A stretch of DNA of 64,000 nucleotides from an uncultured candidate division Zixibacteria bacterium. GTDB taxonomy: Bacteria; Zixibacteria; MSB-5A5; UBA10806; 4484-95. The position numbers and the translations under genes are program-made. The notes beneath the pieces were generated by a model. That model did not search any database. It was not told the origin of the DNA and worked only from the letters and a program-made list of their open reading frames with translations. The stretch lies in contig CAXXKA010000010.1 in assembly GCA_963668625.2 (NCBI GenBank), positions 96,001 to 160,000 on the forward strand, given 5' to 3'. Shown piece by piece: positions 40,858-51,496 of this stretch; position 1 is the first letter of the stretch, and each line of letters opens with the position of its first letter.

Positions 40858-42957
40858 ATGAGTGTAACTGTTCAATCAATAGAAAAAATAGCTAAAAGAA
40901 ACGGACAGGTGGTACGTTTTAATCCACGAAAAATAACCGGCGCGATCCTTAAAGCCGGCCAATCCACCGGCGAATTCGGCGATGAAATGGCCAAACGATT
41001 GACTATCAAAGTGCTGGTTTGTCTGGAGGAGATCACAACCGACGTGCCGATCGATGTTGAGGATATCCAGGATGTGGTAGAGACGGTGTTGCTGGAATCG
41101 CCGTTTAAAAAAACAGCGCGGGCATATATAATCTATCGTGATCAACGTGCCAGGTTGAGGGATATATCCTCTCGGTTCAATGTGCAGTTGATCGATCGGT
41201 ACTTGAATAAATCCGATTGGAAAGTTAATGAAAACAGTAATATGTCGTATTCTCTTCAGGGCTTAAATAATTACATATCATCCGAGATATCGAAAACTTA
41301 CTGGTTGAATCAGATATATCCGGAAAAAATAAAAAAAGCTCATATTGATGCGGATCTGCATATTCATGATTTGGGCATACTGAGTGTTTACTGTGTAGGC
41401 TGGGATCTTCAAGACCTGTTGCTGAGTGGATTCCGAGGAGTCAGCGGAAAAATCGAATCACATCCCGCCAAGCATTTCAGGAGTGCACTGGGGCAGATAG
41501 TAAATTTCTTCTATACTCTTCAGGGAGAGGCCGCCGGAGCTCAGGCATTTTCGAATTTCGACACGCTATTAGCTCCGTTCATTCATTACGATAACCTGGG
41601 TTACGATGAGGTTAAACAGGCGCTGCAGGAATTTTTATTCAATATCAACGTGCCCACACGGGTTGGATTCCAAACCCCGTTCACCAATGTCACGTTCGAT
41701 CTTCGCGTACCCAATATCTATAAAGATCAAAATGTTATTATAGGAGGCCGGGCACAAGATCGCACCTATGGTTGTTTCCAAAAAGAGATGGATATATTTA
41801 ATCACGCGCTCTGGTCAGTTATGCTGGAGGGGGATGCCCGTGGTAGAGTTTTTACATTTCCTATCCCAACTTATAATATAACGAAGGATTTCGATTGGAA
41901 TAATGCTAATATGAGTTTACTCTGGCAGATAACCGCTAAATATGGAATCCCCTATTTTGCCAATTTCGTGAACTCTGATATGGACCCCGATGATGCCAGA
42001 AGCATGTGCTGCCGCCTGCGCATCGATAACCGCGAGCTAAGAAGACGTAATGGTGGTCTGTTCGGCGCGGCGCCGCTGACAGGTTCTATTGGCGTCGTGA
42101 CTATCAATTTACCGCGTATCGCATATAAGGCGAAATCGGAGGATGAATTTTTCGCGGAACTGAAAATCATAATGGAGCTGGCCGAGCAGAGTCTCGAAAT
42201 AAAAAGAAAACTACTGGAACGGCTGACTGAAAATAATTTGTATCCGTACACGACCTATTATTTGCGTCAGATAAAACAACGGTTCGGTAAATATTGGAAA
42301 AACCACTTCTCGACTATCGGCGTGATAGGTATCAACGAGGCATGTCTTAATCTGCATAACCTGGATATCGGTTCCGACCGCGGAAACCGGTTCGGTAATG
42401 ATATCCTGGATTACATGAAAAACGAGCTATTGGCCATACAGCAGCGGACGGGTAACAATTACAATCTCGAGGCTACCCCGGCCGAGGGTGTTACCTATCG
42501 ATTCGCCAGGGCCGACAAAAATAAATTCCCTGATATCCAAACGGCCAACTCTACAAATTGCCCCGATGATGCGTTTTATACGAATTCATCTCACCTGCCG
42601 ATCAACTACACCGATGATGTGTTCGAACTGCTCGACTTGCAGGATGACCTTCAGACAAAATACACCGGCGGTACGGTCGTACATCTATATCTCGGCGAGC
42701 AAGTAGATGATGCGCAGGTAGTTAAAAAGCTAATTCGAACTGTCTGTTCCCGGTATCGAATGCCGTACTTTTCGATTACGCCTACATTCAGTGTTTGCCC
42801 CAACTGCGGCTATCTTAACGGTGAAGTAGAGCTATGCCCAAAATGTTCGAGTATCTGTGAAATCTATTCGCGGGTTGTCGGATATTTAAGGCCTGTTAAC
42901 CAGTGGAATGAAGGCAAGAAAGCTGAGTTCAGAGAACGAAAGGTGCTGCAGCTTTGA
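40858..42957 (+). CDS. nrdD: Anaerobic (class III) ribonucleoside-triphosphate reductase with ATP cone
   Basis: ATP cone KRNGQ, LHIHDL, SMCCRL, EATPAEG, CxxC...CxxC and glycyl-radical motif RVVGYL. Confidence 0.95.
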   Translation: MSVTVQSIEKIAKRNGQVVRFNPRKITGAILKAGQSTGEFGDEMAKRLTIKVLVCLEEITTDVPIDVEDIQDVVETVLLESPFKKTARAYIIYRDQRARLRDISSRFNVQLIDRYLNKSDWKVNENSNMSYSLQGLNNYISSEISKTYWLNQIYPEKIKKAHIDADLHIHDLGILSVYCVGWDLQDLLLSGFRGVSGKIESHPAKHFRSALGQIVNFFYTLQGEAAGAQAFSNFDTLLAPFIHYDNLGYDEVKQALQEFLFNINVPTRVGFQTPFTNVTFDLRVPNIYKDQNVIIGGRAQDRTYGCFQKEMDIFNHALWSVMLEGDARGRVFTFPIPTYNITKDFDWNNANMSLLWQITAKYGIPYFANFVNSDMDPDDARSMCCRLRIDNRELRRRNGGLFGAAPLTGSIGVVTINLPRIAYKAKSEDEFFAELKIIMELAEQSLEIKRKLLERLTENNLYPYTTYYLRQIKQRFGKYWKNHFSTIGVIGINEACLNLHNLDIGSDRGNRFGNDILDYMKNELLAIQQRTGNNYNLEATPAEGVTYRFARADKNKFPDIQTANSTNCPDDAFYTNSSHLPINYTDDVFELLDLQDDLQTKYTGGTVVHLYLGEQVDDAQVVKKLIRTVCSRYRMPYFSITPTFSVCPNCGYLNGEVELCPKCSSICEIYSRVVGYLRPVNQWNEGKKAEFRERKVLQL

Positions 42958-43688
42958 TTATCGGCGGTTTTCAAAAACTATCTTTAATAGATTACCCGTC
43001 AAAATTGGCGGCGGTAATTTTCACTCGGGGATGTAATTTTAGATGCCCCTATTGCCATAACCCGGAGTTGATCGGCCACCGGGGTTGTGAGCAGTCCATA
43101 TCCGTGGAAACCGTATTTGATCATTTAGCCAGGAGAGTCGGCCTGCTGGAGGGCGTGGTGATCACCGGCGGGGAACCTACACTGCAGGCTGATATGATCG
43201 ACTTTATGGAACTTATAAAAAACCTCGGTTATTCGATCAAGTTGGATACCAACGGCAGCAATCCGAAAGCCGTATTGAAACTAATCGAAAATAACCTGCT
43301 GGATTATATCGCGATGGATATAAAAGCGCCTTTTGATAAATATCACCGGGTTGCCGGGCAGTCGGTGGATATCGAATCAATCAGGCGCAGCATAGAAATA
43401 ATAACGAATTCCGGAATTGATTTCCAGTTCAGGACAACTCTAGCGAGACCGTTTCTGGATTATCAGGACGCCACGATCATTAACGAAATGATCAAACCAT
43501 CCAGGCTGCATCTTCAGGAATGCCAGGTTGAAAGTGCGTTGAATAAATCGCTTCGCTTAATCCGGCAATTCTCAGGTGATGATATCCGGGAGTTTCAATA
43601 TATGCTGGAAAATGAGCCATCGAGCATGGCAGCCCCCGACTCGAAAGAATTAAAATTCCCATTTTCATTTTCCGAAATCGCTTTGTAA
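42954..43688 (+). CDS. nrdG: Anaerobic RNR activase (radical SAM)
   Basis: SLIDYP, CNFRCPYCHN and ITGGEPT motifs; overlaps nrdD. Confidence 0.92.
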   Translation: MIIGGFQKLSLIDYPSKLAAVIFTRGCNFRCPYCHNPELIGHRGCEQSISVETVFDHLARRVGLLEGVVITGGEPTLQADMIDFMELIKNLGYSIKLDTNGSNPKAVLKLIENNLLDYIAMDIKAPFDKYHRVAGQSVDIESIRRSIEIITNSGIDFQFRTTLARPFLDYQDATIINEMIKPSRLHLQECQVESALNKSLRLIRQFSGDDIREFQYMLENEPSSMAAPDSKELKFPFSFSEIAL

Positions 43689-43701
43689 AGAGGTGTTGTA
43701 T

Positions 43702-44012
43702 GCTGTCGGGTTGCCCTGCCCGACAGCGCTATTTTTCTGTCCCGGCTCAGGCGTAGCTGGCAGCCTCAGGCTGTCGTTCCGTCCGCGCTGAGGCATGTGG
43801 AATTACCCGCTCAGTAAATCCATGCTATTTACGTTTGATATTATATGCGCGGGTTAGTCTCGCCCCGAGTAGGCTTGATCTTTGTTACTACGGCGCGGCA
43901 TATTCCCCTCATCCCCCGTGGACAGTACAGGTGTGGCTGTCGCTACGTCTCACCTAATGTGTGTGTCTGAGTAGCCGAACCTCAGGATGTTGTTTGGCTT
44001 TTCATGCTGAGG
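43702..44012. repeat. REP cluster 1
   Basis: GCTGTCGGG/CCCGACAGC hairpin, two GTAG...CCTCAG...CTGAGG hairpins (43753, 43971) and an inverted ...CTAC unit; 43901-44012 resembles 45759-45869. Confidence 0.7.
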
Positions 44013-44131
44013 TATATGAAAAATACAAATACTAATTGAGGATTTGTGTTTAGTTTATTATCTTGTAAACTATGAGAAAAGATCTTTCATGGCGGTATTT
44101 TCAACTGAAAACTTTAAAAAGCAATTAATAT

Positions 44132-45478
44132 ATGGGTAAGATAAGCAGAAATGACCCCTGCCCTTGCGGTAGCGGTAAGAAATATAAAAACTGCTGTATG
44201 TTGAAAAGAAAACCGAAACAGGAGTTGGAAAGCTCTATCAAGGAGAGGCTTGTTAGAGATATAATCAAGTTCTCCGAAAAGCATTATTCGGATATTTTAG
44301 ATGATGCTTTTAATGAATTCATGTTCGATTTTGATCCTGAAGATATTATCGGGAAACATATTGAATATGGAAGAATCTTAGAAATCAATTTCATGGAATG
44401 GATTATTCATGATTGGGGTATCAAAAAACATGACGGTAAAAATCTAATAGGACTATATATAGAAAAATCATCTCGCCTTAAAAAAATAGAGCTGGATATT
44501 CTCGACAGAATGCAAAACTCTTTTCTGAGTTTATATGAAGTGCAAGAGGTTTTCTATCGAGAGGGATTTATTTTGAAAGATTTGCTCATGGATCATGAGT
44601 ATTATGTCAAGGAGAAAGCCGGAACCGAAAACTGCTGCAAGTGGGATTTATTAGCCGCACGTTTGATTGATCTCGATGACGAAATCGTTATTAATGGAGG
44701 TATATATTCATATCCTCTTTCCGAAAAAGGTAGAATGCTGAATCATTTAAAGGAAAGCTATGAGTTATTCAAAACCGAATTTCCGCAATGTACCATGTCG
44801 GAATTTCTTAAAGTATGGGGCAGCCTTTTTAACCTGTATTGGTGCGATTGTATCACTAAACCTTTCATGCCGGAGCTTAGAACTCCGGACGGTGATCTAT
44901 TGGAGTTTTGCTCGGCCGAATATGAAATTAGGAATATTAGTAAAGCCTTAATTATGTTAAGTCAAATGGATGATATCCAACAGGAAGAGGATAATACTTA
45001 CGATTGGCTTGAAGAATCGTCTGAAGATAGCTTTAACAGACTTCGAGGAAATATTTCGATTGATGATGGAATTCTTATACTCGAATGCAAATCAAAAAAT
45101 CAATTGGAGAAGTGCAAAGAGGAGCTTGAAAAAAAACTGGGTGATTCTATTACTCATACGGAAGATTTTATCGAATATCCTCATGAGCTCATGATGACAG
45201 AGCGGTCTGCAAAAAAAAATGTCGAAAGCGAGGTGCCTCTCGAAATCCAGCAGGAAATATACGAGAAATTCATGCGAAAGTCTTACGAGGACTGGCTACA
45301 CGAAAATATCCCTGCGCTTGATAATAAAACACCTCTGGAAATGGTTAAGACTCCTGAGGGCAGAGGACGAGTTGAGACTATTATAAAAGAAATTGAGAAT
45401 ATGGAAGAGCGCAACCAGGACGAGGGCAGGCCCTATACCGATTTCACCTGGCTGCGTGAGAGGCTGGGGCTGGATTAA
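44132..45478 (+). CDS. SEC-C motif protein with C-terminal MbcA/ParS/Xre-antitoxin-like domain
   Basis: SRNDPCPCGSGKKYKNCC at the N-terminus; WLHENIPALDNKTPLEM at the C-terminus; AT-rich. Confidence 0.75.
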   Translation: MGKISRNDPCPCGSGKKYKNCCMLKRKPKQELESSIKERLVRDIIKFSEKHYSDILDDAFNEFMFDFDPEDIIGKHIEYGRILEINFMEWIIHDWGIKKHDGKNLIGLYIEKSSRLKKIELDILDRMQNSFLSLYEVQEVFYREGFILKDLLMDHEYYVKEKAGTENCCKWDLLAARLIDLDDEIVINGGIYSYPLSEKGRMLNHLKESYELFKTEFPQCTMSEFLKVWGSLFNLYWCDCITKPFMPELRTPDGDLLEFCSAEYEIRNISKALIMLSQMDDIQQEEDNTYDWLEESSEDSFNRLRGNISIDDGILILECKSKNQLEKCKEELEKKLGDSITHTEDFIEYPHELMMTERSAKKNVESEVPLEIQQEIYEKFMRKSYEDWLHENIPALDNKTPLEMVKTPEGRGRVETIIKEIENMEERNQDEGRPYTDFTWLRERLGLD

Positions 45479-45493
45479 TCAGGCAGCAGGTTA

Positions 45494-45873
45494 TGGCTGA
45501 GCCTCAGGATGTCGCTTCGCTTTTCCTCCTGAGGCAGGGGGATGATAATCAAAATCGTCGCGTAGGGGATGGTCTAAGACCATCCCGCTAAGCTGGTAAA
45601 CAATTCAGCAATAGATGATATTTCCAGACAGACTACGGAGCGATCTTAGATCGCCCCCTACGGCTACATACGTGAGGACGCAGCCTATCAGTCAAGCCGT
45701 AGTGACAGATCACTGATCTATCAGTCACCCGCGCCGGGTATTGGCAACTGCTGTGGTGTATTTCCCCATCCCCGCGGACAGCACTGGTGTGGCTGTTCCT
45801 ACGTCCCCGCGCGATGTGAGTGTCTGTGTGGCCGAGCCTCAGGATGTCGCTTCGCTTTTCCTCCTGAGGCAGG
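45494..45873. repeat. REP cluster 2 (BIME/REPIN-like)
   Basis: 45-bp direct repeats 45494-45538 and 45829-45873 (1 mismatch) enclose inverted GTAG REPs at 45561 and 45637-45662, GTAGTGACAGATC at 45699 and ...CCTAC at about 45800. Confidence 0.8.
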
Positions 45874-45895
45874 TGAAACTTGCGGTATAGAAATA

Positions 45896-47824
45896 TTAAA
45901 TTGATTTTATTAGATTTGTATCTATACATTCAATAAAACTAGAGATTTTTTTATCTTTTGTATGAATGAAATATATACGTTTTTTCGAGCGAGTTAATGC
46001 TACAAACATTTGATAAATTTCGCTATCAGCAACTTCAGATTTTTGTGGTATTCTCTCTTGATCAAAACCAATTAAAAAAACTATATCGGCGCCCATTCCC
46101 TTAGATTTTAAGATATTGCACACTGTTATATCTATATTAGCTAATGGTCGAGGTAGATAAGAATTGTTATTTACTAATTGTTCGATAAGAATTTCTTTAA
46201 ATTCTTTTTTATCCTCAATAATTCTTTTTACTAATTTATCAATTGTTGATTGAGCTATTCTATTCCTTTCTGATTTTGGTCTATTTAGAATTTTCTGTAA
46301 TACCTTAGCATTTTTTGTGTGCTCATCCTTAAACTCATCAGGTAATGCTTCAATAATGGCATCAGCATTATTATAATTTGTTGAAATAATGGTAGTTTTT
46401 ATATCATTATCTATTTCATCTAATAAAATTCGCCAAGCTAAGATTTGATTACTCTCGTTGGAAAGGAATTTATATGCGGATACAATATTACTTTTCTCGG
46501 AAAAGAAATTTTCGTTATCACCAGTAAAAGTTACATTTTTAAATCCTGATTCTTTTAAATGGAATGCAATGTTGCCTAGCAATGTAGAACAAGACCGCGC
46601 TTCTCCAATCACTAAAACAGATTTAATTTTTTGAGTCTTAAGAATTTCCTCCAATTCCGATTTTATTTTTCTCGGAATTAATGCGGGAGAGCAATCATTT
46701 ATCAACATAATTTCAGGATTTAGCTCGTTATCCTCTTCTTTATCAGGATAAAAACAAATATATTTTTTTTCATTTATTCTTTCTTTAAGCTTTCCTTTAC
46801 CTTGATAATAATTTAAAATATTTTCAAAAGTTTTTATTACGACTTCAGTGCAACGTGAGCAATACTTGAGTGTATGACTTTCATAAAGGTCATTTGCTTT
46901 ATTATATTTTTCTCTTCACTAGTGTCCGGTGTTTTTCGTTAAATTTTAAATTTCTCCTTTGAATTGTTAATGAAAAATATTTTCCGATATAATTATTTTA
47001 TTCAGCGTATCATTCATCCTGACATATCCTGCCGATGTTAGGCTTGGTTTTCTGGTTTCCAAGCGCTGCTTGGAAACCTTCTTGAATCATGTAGAATGCG
47101 CATTCTGCCGGCAAACAAGCCACGTTGCGAAGCAGCGCTTCGCAACGAGATGAAAAGACCGGACAGTAGTGTTTTCTCTTATAAAGTTAGGAGAGGAGCC
47201 TTTAAATTCGTACAAAGCTTGGTCATCATCCCCAACAATTATTATATTATTTTTACTTGCAAGTTGATCTATAAACTCTGATTCGGTCTGATTAAAATCT
47301 TGATATTCGTCAACTAATATTAAGTCATATATTGGTATTTTTTCCGGATGTTTTTTGCAAAATTGAACTGCATAGAAAACTACATCGGCATGGCCTACAG
47401 CCTTATAAAAATAAGTCCTTTCTTTATAAGCTTCATCTCCTATTACGTAATCATTTATTTCCATTATTTTAAGATCATCCTCAATTAACTTATGAATATC
47501 TGGATAATAATTAAAATCTGGACAGTTTTTTTCTACGAATTCCTTTGCAAAACTATGAAGTGTAGTAGTTTTTGCTAATCCCGCAAGATCATCAGCAAGA
47601 TCATCACATAATTTGCCAATAAAGGTAATAGCTAAAAAATCTTTTTTACCTCTATTTTTTTCACTTTGGATTAATTGTTTGAATAAAAAACTTTTGCCAG
47701 TGCCTGGACCTGCTACAACAACTTTCCTTGGATGATTTGAATCGATAATTATATCTACATCCTTTTTTCTTTCTTTTTCATGGTCTATTATCGGTTTATT
47801 GGCTTGTGATTTATTGCTAGTCAT
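45896..47824 (-). pseudogene. SF1 (UvrD/Rep, GajB-like) helicase interrupted by MITE A
   Basis: AGPGTGKS, LVDEYQD and VGDDDQALY in the 5' half; LKSKGM and VALTRSKK in the 3' half; removing the MITE and one TSD restores a single 554-aa frame. Confidence 0.9.
46917..47171 (-). mobile_element. MITE family A copy 4 (inside the helicase gene)
   Basis: 255 bp, two differences from copy 3 by eye; 9-bp TSD TTTTCTCTT at 46908-46916 and 47172-47180. Confidence 0.95.
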
Positions 47825-48108
47825 AATTACCGCTTATCTAAAAAGAATTGAAAACAACCAAAACGTTCTATATTAATAAATTAATACTTTTTCCCCTTCA
47901 AAGCTATATAAAAATACAAGTGACTAAACCTTTTGTCACTATAACACATCCATTTTATCCTCTTGACAGCGTATTTAAAAATTATTAATTATCCCCTGTA
48001 TGTCCCGAATCGGCCGGAAACCATATTTCATTTCCCGCCGTTTCAGGAGTATTGATGATATAACGAATAAGTCCCATCCAATACGGGATTCGGAAAGAGG
48101 TTGATAAA

Positions 48109-48987
48109 ATGTTTGAGGATAAAGAATTCAAAGTAAAAGTCGGGCTGGCCGAGATGCTCAAAGGTGGCGTTATCATGGATGTCACCAACGAGGAGCAGGC
48201 CAAAATCGCCGAGGAGGCCGGCGCCGTGGCAGTGATGGCGCTCGAGCGCGTGCCCTCGGATATCCGCAAGGATGGCGGCGTTGCCCGTATGGCCGATCCC
48301 GATATTATCGCGAAAATCAAGAAGACTGTCAGTATCCCGGTTATGGCCAAGGCTCGTATCGGGCATTTCGCCGAGGCTCAGGTACTCGAGGCGCTCGAAG
48401 TTGACTATATCGATGAGTCCGAGGTGCTTACCCCGGCCGATGAGGCCAATCATATCGATAAAACGATGTTTAAAATCCCGTTCGTTTGCGGCTGCCGTAA
48501 TATCGGCGAGGCTCTTCGCAGAATTGGCGAGGGCGCGGCTTTAATCCGCACCAAAGGCGAGGCCGGTTCGGGCAATATAGTCGAGGCCGTCCGTCACATG
48601 CGCATGGTGCAAACCGCGATCAAGCAGATCGGTATCTTAGATGACGCCGAGTTGATGAATTTTGCCAAGGAATGGGGCGTGCCGTTCGAGATGGTCAAGT
48701 GGGTAAAAGCAAACGGTAAGCTGCCGGTTCCGAATTTCGCCGCCGGTGGTATCGCCACCCCCGCGGATGCCTCGCTTATGATGCAGCTCGGGGCCGAGTC
48801 GGTGTTCGTCGGTTCGGGCATATTCAAATCGACCAACCCGCCCGAGAGGGCCAAAGCGATCGTACAGGCCACCACCCATTACACCGATTTTAAACTGATC
48901 GGCGAGCTTTCGCGTGGTATCGGCGAGGCGATGAAAGGACTCGAGATCAGGGATATCCCCGAGGATCAACTTCTGCAAACACGATGA
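48109..48987 (+). CDS. pdxS: PLP synthase lyase subunit
   Basis: [19 protein letters not shown] and [12 protein letters not shown] motifs. Confidence 0.97.
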   Translation: MFEDKEFKVKVGLAEMLKGGVIMDVTNEEQAKIAEEAGAVAVMALERVPSDIRKDGGVARMADPDIIAKIKKTVSIPVMAKARIGHFAEAQVLEALEVDYIDESEVLTPADEANHIDKTMFKIPFVCGCRNIGEALRRIGEGAALIRTKGEAGSGNIVEAVRHMRMVQTAIKQIGILDDAELMNFAKEWGVPFEMVKWVKANGKLPVPNFAAGGIATPADASLMMQLGAESVFVGSGIFKSTNPPERAKAIVQATTHYTDFKLIGELSRGIGEAMKGLEIRDIPEDQLLQTR

Positions 48988-49532
48988 CACACGGGATATT
49001 AGCGCTTCAAGGTGATTATTATGCTCATGGCCGGGTTTATGATAAACTCGGCCTTAAGTATTTATATGTTAAAAAGCCCGATGAGCTTGAGCGTGTCGAT
49101 ACGCTTGTCATTCCGGGCGGTGAATCGACCACCATACGCAAGCTGGCCCGGTCTATCGGTTTATGGGATATGCTGAAAGAATTCGACCGTCCCATGATGG
49201 GAACTTGCACCGGTATTATCCTGATGGCGCACGAGATCGAAAACGACGACGAAGAGACATTAGACCATCTGGATATTACGGTTTCCCGCAATGCTTACGG
49301 TTCACAGATCAACTCCGCCACGCAAACAGGGATATATCTGCCTGATAATAATGAAATCGAGATGGTTTTCATACGTGCCCCCAGGATTATTGAAACCGGT
49401 GACAGAGCAGATGTCATCGCCAGGTACCAGGGAGAGACGGTGGCGGTCAGGCAGGGCAACAAGATTGGCCTGACATTTCATCCCGAACTTTCGGATATTT
49501 CGCTTTTTCACAAAATACTTACCGATATTTAG
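48984..49532 (+). CDS. pdxT: PLP synthase glutaminase subunit
   Basis: GILALQG, PGGESTT, GTCTG, FIRAP and FHPE motifs. Confidence 0.95.
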   Translation: MTHGILALQGDYYAHGRVYDKLGLKYLYVKKPDELERVDTLVIPGGESTTIRKLARSIGLWDMLKEFDRPMMGTCTGIILMAHEIENDDEETLDHLDITVSRNAYGSQINSATQTGIYLPDNNEIEMVFIRAPRIIETGDRADVIARYQGETVAVRQGNKIGLTFHPELSDISLFHKILTDI

Positions 49533-49559
49533 CAACTTTTATGCTATAATACTGTAGGA

Positions 49560-50441
49560 TTGAACATGCTTATATATCTTGCGAAATATCGCGGCTTTTG
49601 TTCGGGTGTAAAACGCTCCATCCGGATGGCCGAAAAGGCGCTGGCGGATAACCAGGCGCCGGTCTATATCTTGAATGATATAGTGCATAACGAAGCCGTA
49701 AACGATGAGCTCGAATCGAAGGGCCTGATTAAAGTCACCAGCCCGGATGATGCCGATAAAGGTACGCTCATTATCTCGGCTCACGGCGTACCACGAACCG
49801 TAATCGATCAGGCCAAAGCCCGTGGTTTGAACGTGATCGATACCACCTGTCCGTTAGTTTATAAGATACACGAAACCGCCAGGGTACATACCGGGAATGG
49901 CTATAGCGTCGTGCTTTATGGCGAGCCAAAGCATGATGAGATAAAAGGTATAGTGGCGGTCGATCCGGAGAATATTCATGTTTTGAACTCCGCCGAGGAT
50001 ATCGATAGTTTGCCTGAGTTCGATAACTCGATCGCCTTCATCTCGCAAAGTACTCGCAATGTCGATAAATTCCACGAAACAGCCGAACGCTTGATGGATC
50101 GCTATGGTTCGATTCATATCGAGAATACTATCTGCCGTGCTACCCGTAAAAGGCAGGAGTCGATACGCGAGCTGGCCGAGAGTGTCGAACTGGTTATCGT
50201 GGTGGGATCGCAGACCTCGGCCAACTCCAACCGCCTGGTGGAGGTTGCCGAGGAGAACGGCGCGATAGCCTACCTGATAGAGAACGCTGATGGTTTCGAT
50301 GATGATTGGCTGGATGATGTCGATACTATCGGTATAACATCCGGCGCCTCTACACCCGATAACCTGGTGCAAGAGGTACTCGACTCTATCCGCGAATACT
50401 GCGAGGATGAGGAACTGGCATTCGACCTGATCGAGCGATGA
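49560..50441 (+). CDS. ispH: 4-hydroxy-3-methylbut-2-enyl diphosphate reductase
   Basis: GFCSGV, IVHN, SAHG, DTTCPLV, TICRAT, SANS and GASTP motifs. Confidence 0.95.
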   Translation: MNMLIYLAKYRGFCSGVKRSIRMAEKALADNQAPVYILNDIVHNEAVNDELESKGLIKVTSPDDADKGTLIISAHGVPRTVIDQAKARGLNVIDTTCPLVYKIHETARVHTGNGYSVVLYGEPKHDEIKGIVAVDPENIHVLNSAEDIDSLPEFDNSIAFISQSTRNVDKFHETAERLMDRYGSIHIENTICRATRKRQESIRELAESVELVIVVGSQTSANSNRLVEVAEENGAIAYLIENADGFDDDWLDDVDTIGITSGASTPDNLVQEVLDSIREYCEDEELAFDLIER

Positions 50442-51496
50442 ATATTTCCAGACGTAAATCACGAGTTATCGATATCGGCGGCGTCTCTATCGGCGGCGAT
50501 AATCCCATAGCCGTGCAAAGTATGTGCTCCACCAAGACACATGATATAGATTCGACACTGGCACAGATAGAGCTAATGGTATCTGCCGGAGTGGATATAG
50601 TCCGGGTGGCGGTGCCCGATAGCAAAGCCGCTGAAGCCCTGCCGAAGATCGTAAAAGGCTGCCCCGTGCCGCTCGTGGCCGATATTCATTTCAACCATAA
50701 CCTGGCCTTAACCGCCGCCGAGGCCGGTGTGGCCAAGCTGCGATTGAACCCGGGGAATATCGGGGATGAGGGTAAGATAAAACAGGTGGTTGACAAAGCC
50801 AAAGCGCATGGTATTCCGATTCGTATAGGCGTAAACCAGGGCTCGGTCGAGCGCGACCTGGTGGATAAATACACCGGGCCTCGTCCGCAGGCGATGGTCG
50901 ATTCGGCGGTTCGCCATGTGCGCATATTGGAGAGTCACGATTTTTACGATATCGCTATCTCGCTGAAGGCCTCCACCGCCTGGGATACGATAGAGGCTTA
51001 TCGCCTGATAGCTGATAAATGCGATTACCCTCTTCATCTGGGGGTAACCGAGGCCGGCCCGGCCTTTCGAGGCTCGATAAAATCAGCCGTAGCGATGGGC
51101 GTGCTTCTGGCCGAGGGGATCGGCGATACCATACGGGTATCGTTAACCGGGGATGTTACCGAGGAGATAAAAGCTGGCTGGGAGATATTGCGTTCGCTGG
51201 AGTTAAGACGTCGCGGCCCCGACCTGGTATCGTGCCCGACATGCGGTCGCACCGAAACCGACCTGGTATCGCTGGTAGCGAAAGTAGAGAAAGCGCTCGA
51301 GGGCATATCCGCGCCTATTAAGGTTGCCGTAATGGGCTGTGTGGTTAACGGTCCGGGCGAGGCGGCCGAGGCCGATATCGGTGTGATTGGCGGCAAGGGA
51401 CACTATTTGATTACGCGCAAAGGTAAAAAAATCAGCAAAGTTACCGAGGATGAAATAGAGGGGGCAATACTAGAGGAGTTGGAGAGATACAGGTAA
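50438..51496 (+). CDS. ispG: HMBPP synthase
   Basis: VQSM, VADIHF, RLNPGN, HLGVTEAG, SCPTCGR and MGCVVNGPGEA motifs. Confidence 0.96.
   Translation: MNISRRKSRVIDIGGVSIGGDNPIAVQSMCSTKTHDIDSTLAQIELMVSAGVDIVRVAVPDSKAAEALPKIVKGCPVPLVADIHFNHNLALTAAEAGVAKLRLNPGNIGDEGKIKQVVDKAKAHGIPIRIGVNQGSVERDLVDKYTGPRPQAMVDSAVRHVRILESHDFYDIAISLKASTAWDTIEAYRLIADKCDYPLHLGVTEAGPAFRGSIKSAVAMGVLLAEGIGDTIRVSLTGDVTEEIKAGWEILRSLELRRRGPDLVSCPTCGRTETDLVSLVAKVEKALEGISAPIKVAVMGCVVNGPGEAAEADIGVIGGKGHYLITRKGKKISKVTEDEIEGAILEELERYR

Noticed and set aside
43702-45873. CRISPR array
   Set aside because: Repeats are heterogeneous palindromes with irregular spacing and no cas genes; they fit REP clusters better.
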